A stretch of DNA of 64,000 nucleotides from Spirogloea muscicola. Its lineage: Eukaryota. The stretch is from NCBI GenBank assembly GCA_009602725.1, contig WELB01000001.1, positions 1,888,545 to 1,952,544 of the forward strand, read 5' to 3'. Positions 12,085-32,195 of the stretch are shown here, piece after piece. The notes beneath the pieces are model-generated. The model was not told the DNA's origin and ran no database searches. It saw nothing but the letters and a program-made list of their open reading frames with translations. Within the stretch, counting starts at the first letter, position 1. Each line of letters starts with the position of its first letter. The position numbers and the translations under genes are program-made.

Positions 12085-14369
12085 ATGGCGGTAGAGGGCG
12101 GCCCGGACCCGCCGCCGTCGCCGGCGGCCACGGGGCAGGACGCGGCGGNGCCGGAGGCGGCGGCGGCGGCGGTGGCGGCGGCAGCGCTGCGGGAGCAGGG
12201 CAACGCGCAGTTCAAGGCCGGCGGGTACCTGCGAGCCGCTGCGGTGTACACGCAGGCCCTCAAGCACGACCCCGGCAGCGCCGCGCTGCACAGGTACTTC
12301 GGCCCCTCCTCCTTCACACCTGTCACTGTGCTTGCCTTGGTACTTGGCCACTCTGGCCCTCCATCACTCAATACACACTCCCGTTGGTCCTTACCACCAC
12401 GCTGGGGACGTAGTGATGCCTCCATAATCATTCACTAAGCTCGCTTTGCGCCTTGGCCTCAATCGGCAAACGAGCGCTCGGTCCAATGCAGCAACCGCTC
12501 CGCGGCGCTGCTGCACCTGTCCAAGGTCACGCGGGCGCTCGCTGACGCCGAGGCGGCCATCGCGCTGCAGCCCGAGTGGGACAAGGTGCGCTGCCGCCGG
12601 TGCACGCTGCAGAGCAGCTGATGCTGCGTGCCATCCACCGTCCGCTGCCCTCGCCGCCCCTCCCGACGACCACTACTGGGTCTGTGCGCAACTTGAGAAG
12701 CCAGGCATCATCCAGCTGCGGCCGCTCCGGGTGGGCGTGTCGCAGGGCTACTTTCGCAAGGGCTGTGCACTCGAGCGGCTCAAGCGCTACGATGAGGTGA
12801 TCCTCATGACTATGGCGCGGCTGTCACGGCTGTCAAGCCAAGGATGGGCACTCTTCGGCAGTCGTAATGGCCGTCTGACGAGGTGTATACTATGATATCG
12901 TAGGCGCTTGCAGCCTTCAAGGTGGCGGCAGAGCGAGGTGCCGGGGGTGGCGAGGTGGCAGCTAAGATCCGGAGCCTGAGTTGGCTGGCGAGGGACAGGC
13001 GGCCAGGCGAGGTCAGCAGCCTGGCCAGCGGTGGCAAGGCTGAGGACCACGACGACAACTCGCAGGTGTGGCCAGTGAAATCGACGGCTCTGCTGCCGCT
13101 GCTCCTGCCGGTGCCCCGGAGTCGGGCATGGTTGTTTTCGAATTTTGAGGTCTCTGTCATCAGCAGCTGACTCTGTCACTGCCCGCAGGTCCACCCCGGC
13201 GGGGCTGCCTCAGACAACGCCGCCAGAGCGCGTCAATTTGGCAACGATGTGATGGCTGAAGCTATGAGCAAGGCATCGGAGGCTGGCGGTGCGCTTGACC
13301 CAAGCGTGCACTTCCTGCCGGGTGCTCCTGGCGCCCCCGCCATTACCGTGCTTATTCGACAGGTGATAGTGCATCCTTGCGTGGCATGTGTCTGATTTTG
13401 GGGATTGCCTTCGAAGTCCAAGTTGAGAGACATAGGAGCCAGATTTTATCTGGCTCCTATGGTGGTTGATGAGGCTTGGGCTTGACTGTTCAGGGGACTA
13501 AGTTAGTTAGGGGACTAAGTTAGTCAGTCCTCAGTTCGAAATAATACGCACAGGGCATGGAAAGGTAGATGCCAAGTTGCGAGGTCGAGGATCTCGATAT
13601 CAGCTGACCAAGAGATATATGTGGACGCTCGTCTTGCCTGTAGGCATTCGCGTCGCCCGAGACCTTGGGCACGTGCGTGGACTTTCTGCGTCAGCAGGGC
13701 GAAGAAGCCGGTGCCCTCGCGGCTGTCCTGGTCGTGACCCGTGCTGACATAGCCTTTCCGCAGGTGGTTGCTCATCTGTGCAACCTCAGGCCTTGCTCCT
13801 TAAGGCGCTCCTCAGTGTGCCTACAGCTTCTTGCCTGCTCTTTCTCTCGTGCTAGGTTCACGCGCACAACATGCGCACCCTCCGTCAGGAACTCGTCTTC
13901 CTTGAAGCTCCAGACACATTGCCTGCGGGTTGTGCCAGGTGTGGCGGGGACGTGGCGCTGCAGCATGGCATTTTGGGGTACGCAGTGGCGTCTTCGTGCA
14001 ACTGGAGGCCCGTGGCGAGCTGCGGCGGCAGGTCTGGTTTGCACCTGCTAGCGTGACGCCACGCATCGAAGGCGATTGCCTGGCTCTTGGGTGCGTTCTG
14101 GGGGCCCACTTCCTCTTGGCGATTGGTGCAGTAGCAGTAGTCTGGCTTGCATATTTACTAAATGGAGCTCTGACACAGTCGTCTCATGCTGACGCCTGCA
14201 GTTCATCAGAGCCCACTTGCAAGCCTGAGCTTGACTGTTGCGTAGCCTGCCTGGTCTGCAGACAACTCTGACTCAGTGCCTGCGCACCTGGGTGCACCTG
14301 CGGCCTTGCAGACCGCCGGAGGAGCTCGATGCTGAGATATTTGCGCTCATGCCGCCCCTGCTTCGCTGA
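12085..14369 (+). CDS. TPR-repeat protein resembling Arabidopsis TPR3 (carboxylate-clamp TPR)
   Basis: TPR motifs 'LREQGNAQFKAGGYLRAAAVYTQAL', 'SNRSAALLHLSKV..WDKGYFRKG'; plant-type C-terminus 'AFASPET..FLRQ..FPQVWRGRG..GVFVQLE..VWF..ELDAEIFALMPPLLR'. Confidence 0.8.
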
Positions 14370-15886
14370 GTTGCACAGCTTCCAGGCTGGAGGTGCCAGG
14401 TAAACACTGACGTCATCTTCCTACTTCTGTAAGTAGTAGCACATTAGCCCACCTCATCCCCACTGCCTCCTACACTTGTATTACTACTCCTGTTTCTGGC
14501 TTCGAACTCCAGCTTTTGTCTACTATATCAGTCCACGCTGTTGAACCTTTCGTTGATGCCACCGTAAGTCTTTGAGGAGCCCACTTTGTTACTTGTAGGT
14601 ATCAGAATATAAGTTGGAGCTTTGTTGATACATTTCTGAGTCCTGGACGAGATGGACTCCTGCTCCCAGCACCATCAGTGCTTCTGGCCTGCTTGCCTGC
14701 AATACACTGTAGAACCTTGAAGCACCCTACGACTGTTGCGTCGTTGACTCGTGAGCATTGCATACACAGCCAGTGATGTTGCCTCACCTCTCAATGACAC
14801 ACATGCAGCCGCTGCAGTCCACCCCAGATACTCAAGTGTGCTCTTCCAGCCAGTGCCAAGTTATTGAGGGTGGTCTTGCGTGCCTCGCTTTGACCCAAGC
14901 AGCCTGGATTCCTTGCAGCCCCAAGTGACTTGCTGCACCCCTGGGTGCATATGTGATTGAGCAAGATGAGCGGGATGCGAGCTCTTTGCTTTGATGCCGC
15001 CCCTGCTCTTGTAGGTTGCAAGCCGCCCGACTGCATATATTGGAGCCACTAGGTCTTACAGTGTCTACTGCTCCTGCTCGGTTCTTAGTGCCATGGCATT
15101 TCACCATGGTTACCTTCTAGTGCTCACCCCTCTTCTGGAGCTGCTGCTACATTTCTGACAAGCTTGTGCCGGATCCTTTAGTCCATTCTTTTAGGCCCAT
15201 CCATATATTCACACTCCCTGATTGTCTCGCAGAGTCGGGTGAGGCGTCCATGTAAACCCAGCAGATAGCACGTCACAAGCCTGCTGTATAAAAAGCATGT
15301 CAGAGCTGACCTCCTCAGTCGACAATTGGACCGGGTATTTCTTTCTGATGAGGTCCTCTTCGGCGCTTGTGGCACGATCGACTTACAGCAGCTGAGTCAA
15401 TTGTAAGTTCCCACAGAGAAAGTGAGTGTTTTCTGGCCCTCAATGGCCAAGAAGTGAAAGTTGGCACTGCCGCCATCGCTTCTCTGCTTCTGACTCTTGC
15501 GGCGGGTGGGTTTGGCCAGCCCGTATTGACGCCCTTTCTTAGGCTGGTGAGGGCAGACGCAGCTTTCGTGGCAGGTAGAACGAGGAGGGGGCCAGGCAAA
15601 GAAGCCGTCTGCGGCGCCGACGGTAGTCGAAGTCCAAAGTGGCCCCAATGGAGGCTGTGCCACGAGCCTTGCGAGAAAGTCCTACAGCGAGGAGAGCGAG
15701 TGGTCGACCCACTGTGGCCGGCATAGGGCTGGCAGTCGGGAGCAGACACGGGGATTGAGCAGCGGGCTGGCATGGGGCCGCCAGGCAGTCGCCATGGCGG
15801 GCGCCAGAAGGTGCTGCCCGGCTGGATAGACTAGGGTTCGGGAGCTGGGACTATTACATTAGGGTTGGATGCCTAGCAGCCCCCAT

Positions 15887-15953
15887 CTTCTTGCCTCTGT
15901 ACTTGGCCACACGTGGCCTCCCCATCTCTTTATACACACGTTTTCCATTTTCG
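15887..15953 (-). repeat. Dispersed repeat fragment, inverted copy of ~35448-35512, in RFC promoter
   Basis: ttgcctctgtacttggccacacgtggcctccccatctctttatacacacg is the near reverse complement of ~35462-35511. Confidence 0.8.
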
Positions 15954-15981
15954 TGGCGTCACAGGGCGAGCTCGGTCACCC

Positions 15982-15994
15982 TTTCCCGCCAAAA
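15982..15994. promoter_or_regulatory. Overlapping E2F-type sites (TTTCCCGCC / reverse TTTTGGCGGG) ~70 bp upstream of RFC ATG
   Basis: Match to E2F consensus TTTSSCGS ahead of a DNA replication gene. Confidence 0.65.
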
Positions 15995-16060
15995 AAATAA
16001 GCGCGAACGCCCGCCCCGGGGCCCGCGCGAACGCCCCCCTTGCTCCGCCCCGCCGCGGCG

Positions 16061-18660
16061 ATGGCGGCGCCGGAGCCGTGCGGCCGCGGCGGCCCNNNNN
16101 NNNNNNNNNNNNNNNNNNNNNNNNNNNNNNNNNNNNNNNNNNNNNNNNNNNNNNNNNNNNNNNNNNNNNNNNNNNNNNNNNNNNNNNNNNNNNNNNNNNN
16201 NNNNNNNNNNNNNNNNNNNNNNNNNNNNNNNNNNNNNNNNNNNNNNNNNNNNNNNNNNNNNNNNNNNNNNNNNNNNNNNNNNNNNNNNNNNNNNNNNNNN
16301 NNNNNNNNNNNNNNNNNNNNNNNNNNNNNNNNNNNNNNNNNNNNNNNNNNNNNNNNNNNNNNNNNNNNNNNNCAGTCGACCGCCTGACGTCGGAGAACCG
16401 GCTGCCGCACCTGCTGCTGTACGGGCCGCCCGGCACCGGCAAGACGTCCACCATCCTGGCCGTCGCGCGCAAGCTCTACGGCGCGGCGCTGCCCAACATG
16501 ATCCTGGAGCTCAACGCCTCCGACGACCGCGGCATCGACGTCGTGCGCCAGCAGGTCCAGGACTTCGCCTCCACGCAGAGCATCAGCTTTGGGTGAGCCT
16601 TCCCCGGATTGCCAGCCTGCTGTGAACCCTGCGCGTTCAACATGGCCTCCCTCCCGTCCTGCAATGCTCCTGCACTTCACTGAAGCCTAGCTGGCGATTG
16701 GCGGTCGTCACCTGAAAACGCCTTGAAGCATGCAGTTTCCCACATTTCAGAGCCATTCCGAGCTCTGACAATGCGGCAGAGGCCTTGCATGTGCAGCGGC
16801 AAGCAGAGTGTCAAGCTCGTCATCCTGGACGAGGCCGACGCCATGACAAAGGACGCCCAGTTCTCGCTTCGGCGGAGTGAGCTCCCCCTCTGCTGCCCCC
16901 CGCCAGCTCCCCAAAATGTCTCCTTTCCGCCCTGTGCTCGCCTCCCTCCTTTGCAGATTTTCCCTGCCTCTCACCCCTTTCACGGGACAGCCCATGTGTT
17001 ACTTGCTGACATATTGATGCACCATAAGCGAAAGACTTCGTGGGGGCCTCCACTTGCAGTCATTGAGAAGTACACGAGGAACACGCGCTTCTGCCTCATC
17101 TGCAACTATGTAGGGAAAATAATCCCTGCACTGCAGTCTCGGTGCACGCGCTTCCGATTTGCGCCTCTGGATGCTGCTTGTGTGGCTGGCCGCCTCCAGC
17201 ATGTCATTGCAGAGGAGAGGTAGGTTTGTTGGCAGGCCACTGCACTTAGCCCCATGCTTTTGAACAATCATGATTTGGTCGAGCTGACTACTGAGTTAAG
17301 GTGGCTGTCAGCCTGCATGATGCCTCTGTCACACCTTGATAGCACTGATGATCAGGCACGGTTGACTGGGAGCAGTTTGGACGTGAACGAGGGCGGGCTA
17401 AATGCAGTCGTGCGGCTTAGCGCCGGCGACATGAGAAAGGCCCTGAATATTCTCCAGGTGGCTATTACAATGATAGCGCTGCATAATGTGGGTAGTGTGA
17501 GGAGGATGTGAGTGTGATGGGGAGCAAGCACAACAATGCCTGTTGCACTGTACATGGCGCTGCAGGCGACTCAGATGGCATCGCCGTGCGTGACAGAGGA
17601 GGCGGTCTACCTCTGCACTGGCAACCCCATGCCCAAGGACATAGAGCAGATCATCTTCCACCTTCTAAATGAGCCATTCACAGTGGCATACAAATGTGAG
17701 GTCTTGAGCTGTGGCCCAAAGTTCTTTGTTACATAAGACTCTCTATGTTTACGTTTTCATTTCCAGCTCAAACTACCAGGTTCTTATAAAGCTGACTGAG
17801 TATATAGAGGGCCACCTGATTGATAGTTGTAGTACAGCTTGGCTGCAAGGCTAAGGGACTTGAGGAGTAGAAGCCCTGCTCACGTGATGTGATGCTCTCT
17901 GTTCTCCTTCTGAGGGGGACCCGGGAGGAGGGGGGTGGGGGGGGGGGAGATTTGAGTTGCTGCAAGAGGGTGGGCTGCTGCCTCCTGAGCAGTGGGTTTG
18001 CGTCTTGCTGCTCAAGAGTTGCACATAGTTTCTGTCTATGCTGCTCACGCAATGGGTCCTCTTATTCCACAGACATTGCAGATGCAAGGACGCTCAAGGG
18101 CTTGGCACTTATTGACATCGTGCGTGAATTGCAACCGTAAGGCTGCTATGTGGGCCTCACCGCCAGTGTATGTCTATCTCTGTGTAAGACGATGAGCTCT
18201 GGTCGAGGTGTTCATCCTGCCTCAAATACTTCGTTTGTTCATGTTGACTCAGATGGGTGTTCAAGATCAACATGCCTGCTGACGTCCGGATACAAGTCGT
18301 CTCCGACTTGGCTGACATTGAGTAAGACTCTGCTGTGCAGTCGCCAATCAGTGCTGTCAGCCTATGCCTGCTCGGCCTGCTTTCCGGCTGGCTTTTCGCA
18401 GCCCTCGCCCCTATTGGATGAGCTTTTTATCCAATAGGGGCGAGCTTCCTTTTCTTCTGCCTGCTACTGGCTGACGAACTTCTTGCATTCATGCTGCTCA
18501 TTACGTAGTCATTCTCAAGGCATTCCTTGCGCATGACAGTGCGCTGAATGATGAGTCCAGGTACCGCCTGGCGTTCGGACCAAATGAGAAGGTCCAGTTA
18601 GGAGCTCTAGTTGGCACCTTCACGCACGCTCGCAACGCCCTAGTCAGTGCAGCTTGCTAA
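16061..18660 (+). CDS. RFC5: Replication factor C small subunit (human RFC5 / yeast Rfc3 type), multi-exon, N-gap near start
   Basis: '[21 protein letters not shown]', '[17 protein letters not shown]', '[21 protein letters not shown]', '[27 protein letters not shown]', '[18 protein letters not shown]'. Confidence 0.95.
18404..18444. repeat. Perfect 16-bp inverted repeat in last RFC intron, embedded in a fragment of the dispersed TIR family
   Basis: ctcgcccctattggat-N9-atccaataggggcgag. Confidence 0.85.
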
Positions 18661-19114
18661 CTGCAGCAACCTTTCCAACCAATTCTCGTAGGGGACTTTG
18701 CAGCCAGAGTCGCTAGTCTGTTAGTCTGTTTGCACACCCATAGACAGACAGTGTCCAAAGTTTGCCGATTCTTACTCTGGTCAGCATCCTTGTGCTTTGT
18801 GACATGTACATTGCAATAGCAGCCTCAACGGTCTACTCAGCTTAGTAATATAAGAAAGAGCTCCAGTTTTCACAGGCATAAGCGTGGGGTACCTAGACCC
18901 CATCTAGGCACGAGCCCAGAACTTGAGAAGAGTGAAACACTTCGTCAAAAATGCCACCTCAATGTAGACCCTAGCATGGATGCCGTCAGGACATGCCGCT
19001 TGGCGGTAGTGGCAGCAAGCACATGTGCGCTGGATTATTTCCATGACCTATCTGCGTCTACTGAGACCGGTATCTTGCAATAGCAAGTGGTGTCTGCTAG
19101 ACCGTGGGGCGGCC

Positions 19115-26387
<7,273 letters not shown>

Positions 26388-26584
26388 TGGCCGGCGGCTT
26401 GGGCGGGCTCGGCAGCGGCGGCGGCGGCGGCGGCGGCGGCGAGGCCTGCGGCGACGGCGCAGCTGCAGCGCCCGTAGCGCTGCGTGCGGCGATCGCGAGC
26501 ACAAAGCCGTTAGCTGCTGCCAGCACGACGCTGGTGGAGAGCTCAGAGGGACTCATCCTTGTCGAGCTGCGCCTTGCCGCCACC

Positions 26585-28366
26585 ATGGACGACTGGGGTA
26601 CCGCCCTTGCTGCCCGCTTCATGCAAGATCATCATCAAGACCATCATCATACTTGCAGACATCGATGACCCGATGAGGAGATCCAGAAAAGATCATGACT
26701 AAGACCATCGTACTTGCAGACTGCGATGACCCAAAAAGGAGATTCATCAGTCAGGAGAATAAATGCCTTGAGAGGCCGCCGTCGGGCGCTCGGGCCCCTC
26801 TGCGAGCGAGCCTTCCTAAGCCTGACCACCGCTGCCGCTGTGGATGCAACGCTGCAGACGCTGAGGACTTCGAGCCGCCGCCGCCGGTGATTGGCAAGGA
26901 GCCGCTCAAGGGCCAGTGGGACGACGAGGACGCGGAGGAGGAGGAGCCCGTGGCAGCCCCTCCGGCGCCCGCCAAGGACGACAACAGCTCCGCTGCGGAG
27001 GTGCGAGCCACTGCCGCTACATCATCAAAGATCGACAGCACGCTGTGTTCTTGTATACCCATAAAGGGCGTGGCCACTATGGCCTTTTGGGGCCCTGGTG
27101 AGGCAGGAGCCCAGCCTTTGGCTGGGCGCTGGCCTGCATGTGAGCGTGCCTGCCTGACACATGGGACGGCTGCCTGCTGCCGCCAGGCATCCAAGGCGAA
27201 GGCTGACAAGGCGGGCACCGAGAAGAAGAAGAAAAAGGAGGACGACGGCGCACCTGGTCTCGACCAGGCCCTCGCCGACCCCGTCGCCGAGAAGCTGCGG
27301 CAGCAGAGGTGCCTTGCTCCCTGCCCAAGGGCTTTGCGTGCTTCTGACTCAAGAAAGCTCTCGAGTCAGACCACCGCATGGCCCCCGTCTACAACACTGT
27401 CATCCACTTTTGCATAATTCATTTTGCACTTTTGCATAACCATCTATTTGCCCGAGTTGCTAAGCACAAGGGCAGAGCTTGAGTGTCCCAGGGCCAATCA
27501 GAATCTGCATTGAAGTTGCATTGTCGTGGTGCGACCCTGCCCAGGCTGGTGGAGGAGTCGGACTACAAAGCTACGCAGGAGCTCTTTGGGTCTCAGAAGG
27601 AGGCTCGCGCCTTGGATGACTTCATTCCCAAGACCGAGGAGGACTTTATGGAGTACGCGGAGCTCATTGCCTCCAAGATTACGCCGTTCCAGGTACTGCA
27701 TGCACGGCCTTGCATGCAGCCACTCTGCTGTTGTGGCTGCTTGTAAGCTCTCTGTGGTCAGTGCTACCCTGCTGCTGAGATGGCATTCAAGCAAGGAACC
27801 ACCTCTGCTGATTATCTTGACCAGAATGTTGCATGCATTTGATGCCCATGACTTTACTACTGTAGTAACATGTGATGCCTCAGCCTGCTTATGTGAGGAT
27901 AATCCCCTCACATGACCAAGCGTGCGGTGTTTTCGCAGAAGAGTTATCACTACAGCGCCCTGCTGAAGAGGCTGCTGCGCACTCTCACGATGTCCATGGA
28001 CGCTGCTGAAACCAAGGACCTCACTGCCGCGCTGACGGTCATTCAGAATGAGAAGCTGAAAGCTGAGAAGGAGGCAGCGGGCAAGAAGAAAGCAGGTACG
28101 ATGCATGCTTCTCCAAGGCTTGGCTTGCAGCTTTCTGGCGTTCGCTGTGCAGTGTGTTCTGATCTAGTGGTCTACACATGGGCAATGTCCGGCTTGGGTG
28201 CTCGGCACGGCCTGACTTCATCAAGTAAGGAGGTACTTACACTGGGCGATGTATGCTGGCCTGGCCAGGTGCCAAGAAGAAGCAGCTGCATGTCGACAAA
28301 GCGGCCGACGATGACTACCGGCCTGGGGCGTACGACGCTGCTGGAGACGACTTTGACTTCATGTAG
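26585..28366 (+). CDS. EIF3J: Eukaryotic translation initiation factor 3 subunit J
   Basis: 'MDDWDAEDFEP', 'QWDDED', 'DPVAEKLRQQRLVEESDYKATQELF', 'LDDFIPKTEEDFMEYAELI', C-terminus 'DDFDFM*'; 13-nt first coding exon. Confidence 0.95.
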
Positions 28367-29041
28367 GACCTGTGAGCAAAGGTTGCAGCGAAGGCGCATG
28401 GCACAGCGCAGAGAGGCGAATGGTGCAGAGAGGCTGTACTTCCATGTTGCCTATGATAGCACTGATTGTGCCACCCCAGAGGTTGGCGTGGACTACTTAT
28501 AAATTGTTTTGCGCACAACATTATTGCTGTTGTACTGGGCAGTTGCATGTGTGAGGTGGATATGAGTAGGCTCTTGAAGCTTTTTGTGTCATTGTACCAC
28601 TTCACTGGTCCATCATTGCCAATCAAGCGAGGTCAGGGTATTCGTGCATGTCTCGATGGGCCAGGTCATTTGTGTATGAGTAGCCAAAGGCATCTTCGAC
28701 CAAGGGATAAGCTCACGATATTAGTTCGAGATTCAACTCACTATTGTCTCCGTTGGCCTTGACTGAATCAGCATATTCCCAACTGGGTGAAATACATTTG
28801 ATACCCCACGGACATACCTGTCCATTTGTGACAAACACTTTCATGACTTAAGGTGCAGGGTGCCAGAGCCAGAGCTGAGCCGGAGCCAACCCAGAGCAAT
28901 GACAATAGTACTTAGGTGTATGTCAACACTACAACTTGCCATCAGATTGTGGTCCACCCATAATGCTCATACAAGAGCTTAATGCCAACTCAGAAGTGTC
29001 TAGACATGGCCTTCTACAAACGTGAGAAGCGGGGGAGCTAG

Positions 29042-32000
29042 TCAGTTGAAGTTCTTGTTAGCCAGCTTGTGCCACTCAGTGTGGAATGCGCCACCACCGT
29101 CAGTCCTCTCGTACGTGTGTGCGCCAAAGTAGTCGCGCTGCGCCTGCAAGGACTCAAAGTAAAGGCAGAGATCTTCGAAATGAATGAACCTGCCCTACTG
29201 ACGCAGGAGCCAAGTAGCTGTGTGCTAATGATTATGCCTCAGAAGTATTCGGGAAAACCCCTCAAACTGTCAGCGTGATAATCACAAAAGTCAGCTACTT
29301 ATCAACATGCGCACCTACAACATGCAACATGCAAATGACCCGTAGAGCTTGGCAAACAGGTGCACCTGGACAAGGTTCGCTGGGAGGCGAGCGCGACGGT
29401 AGGTGTCGAAGTACGCCAAGCTGCAGCAAGAAAGCAGAAACATACTAGTACTCAGAAAGTGACCTACAAAACTTTCATAAAGAACATACATGAGGTTTGG
29501 CCATTAAGGTCGTCAGCCCAGGAAATCTTGCCAGCAGTCATGTTACCAGTGTTGGTTTGCTTAAGTTTACTAACCTCCCGCTCATTCCAGGGGTGCTGAC
29601 TCCAGCTTGAATAGACAGTATCACCACGCGTCTCCAAGACTGTTGACGATCAACTATCTCTTGAGCAAATTCAGGGTCCATCAGCAAGCTGGGGATGTTT
29701 GGATCACGATCGTAAGCCTGTAAAAAGTCAAGAAGAGTACTTACATGATGCCAAAGTGCAATCCATCAGTCCCTGATTAAGCTTTACAAAGCAAGTCCAT
29801 GGCTCCCTGCAAGATTGCTGCTTCAACCACGTATGGACTGGTAATCAAATAACTAGCACACGAGGCACACTCTGCATAGGTTGCAGAGTAGGCCTCTTGA
29901 TACCTTCTTGATGCGGTCGAGGAACTTTGCGCGGATGATGCATCCTCCCTTCCATATCCGAGCCAGCTCTCCAAGGTTGAGATCCCAACCTTGCTCCATG
30001 CTCTTTGCCCTGATCAGATTCATCCCTTGAGCGTAGCTGCAAATCTTGGACGAGTACAGAGCCTGCAAACGATCAAGGACGGACTTGACAAGAGAGTCAC
30101 GTCAAGCATTCCATGCTGAGGTGCATTCCATGCACCTCACCAGGTGCTGCTGTCAGGTTTGCACTTGAAAGTATTACAGATTCTCAATCATTGTAGCTAT
30201 GCTGAAAATGACTGCTTCGCTGATGCATGCATTTGGCTGACTGCCAAGTGCTTGGTGGTCTGCTACCTTCCGGACATCATCCACCAGCTCCTTCTTGTCT
30301 ACATCCAGAGAAGCCTGGACATCTTTCACACCGAGCTGCTTGAAGTTATCAGCCGCAGCAACTCGCTCCTCCTTCAGTCCACTCAAAAACCTAGAGTCCA
30401 GCGATGCCTCGATCGTTGGACAAGCAACTGAGAGCTCCGCAGCTTGCTGGATGGTCCATTTGCCAGTCCCCTTCATTCCGGTCTTGTCAAGCACCTTATC
30501 TACAAGTTCGCCATCACCCTTATCATCCTTGACAGTGAATATCTGGGCAGTAATGTCAATGAGGAAGCTGTCCAACTCTCCCTTATTCCACTCTGAGAAC
30601 GTAGATGCTAGCTCTTCATTTGTCAAGCCCCCCACGCTCTTCAGGACATCGTACCTGCAAAATTCCACTCATCTGTTACAGCTGCTCCATGCAATGAGAA
30701 GGACAGTCTACAAGTCAAGTGACAAAATTGCCCACTTCTTGCAATCAGAGGTGCAATGGCCATGATGGACAATAGAAGGACTAGAAGCAGGTCACAAGGT
30801 GTGCATCGCCACTCACGCTTCGGATATGAGCTGCATGTCTCCGTACTCAATGCCATTGTGCACCATCTTCACAAAGTTACCGGCTCCACCACTTCCAATA
30901 TAAGTGACACAAGGGCCAGTATCCTCGACCTGGGCTGCGACCTTCTGGACAATGTCTTCAATAAGCTTGTAAGCCTGCAGCGTGCCACCGGGCATCAAAG
31001 ATGGGCCATATCGAGCACCTTCCTCACCACCTGATACTCCCATGCCCAGGTAAAGCAAGCCCTTGTCAGCAACCATCTTCGATCTCCTCTCTGTGTTTTC
31101 ATACCTGGATCAAGCCACAAACACATCGTGCAATCAGATGCAAAGGACTTCCTTCTAATTTTGCAGGTCTACGAGCAAAAGAGACATTTCCAGTGGACAA
31201 GGCTGGGTTGTCAAGGGGCTGGCGTGATTAGATTATGTTGGCATGGCAACGTAGACGTGGCCGCACCTTCCTAGATCAGTACCGGTAAGCAAGTAATTAT
31301 CTCGCCAAAGCATTCAAGCAGAGTCAATGGAGCCCACCATTCGTTTCCACCGTCAATGATGCAGTCACCCGCCTCTAAGTATTGAGAGAGGAGTTCAATA
31401 GTCTGATCAACGGGTGCTCCTGCCTTCACGAGGATGATGATGGCCCTGTAGCAGTGAAACTTTACAAGGCCTCAGCACCTTTGGCACCACCCTTTGCAGG
31501 AGCGCAATGATACATATTTGGATACTGTCAAAAAATTTGCAGCAAGAAATCCAAGCTAGGAATGAACAATGAATACTGCATTGATGAAACAGAGATGGAC
31601 AGGCTGCATGAGGTACCACTCAGAGACATTACCTCGGCCTTGCAATAGATTCGACAAATTCCTTAGGGTCCTTATAACCCTTCAGAGGCAGATTGCCTTC
31701 TTCCTTGGCCCTCTCCACAGTGTCGTCCACCTTGCTTTCGGACCTATTGTAGACCGATATTGGGTAGCCCTTCTCAGCAATATTCAGAGCCAAATTCTGC
31801 ACAATGCAATTTATATATAAAAGTGCAGTCACATAATGAAAGATCCCTAATACTGTAATGTGCCCACAGGAATATAACGATGAGCTCCATACGTCAGTGT
31901 AAAGCTCATGTGTAGTGCCATAGACGGCAGAAGCATGAATGACACACATGATTGGGCTTATAATATCAGCGAGCTGACATCCCCAGCTGTAGGACAGCCT

Positions 32001-32195
32001 CTGAGGAGTTGCTCCCGACGATTTTGTTTATTGTCATGCGGCATTTGTGCTCCTCAAGCGCGAAAGTTGTAGCTGCTTGCTACAAAAGGTGCACAGCTAC
32101 TTGCTCCAAGAATATCTCATACACTGGTTCATTACCTGACCCATCACAGCCAAGCCTGCGAGCCCGATCCGAGAGAGCGAGGTTTCTTGAGCCAT
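29042..32195 (-). CDS. PGD: 6-phosphogluconate dehydrogenase, decarboxylating, multi-exon
   Basis: '[32 protein letters not shown]', '[21 protein letters not shown]', '[22 protein letters not shown]', '[12 protein letters not shown]', '[13 protein letters not shown]'. Confidence 0.97.

Noticed and set aside
14400..15880. Short ORFs between TPR and RFC genes
   Set aside because: No recognisable motif or consistent exon structure.
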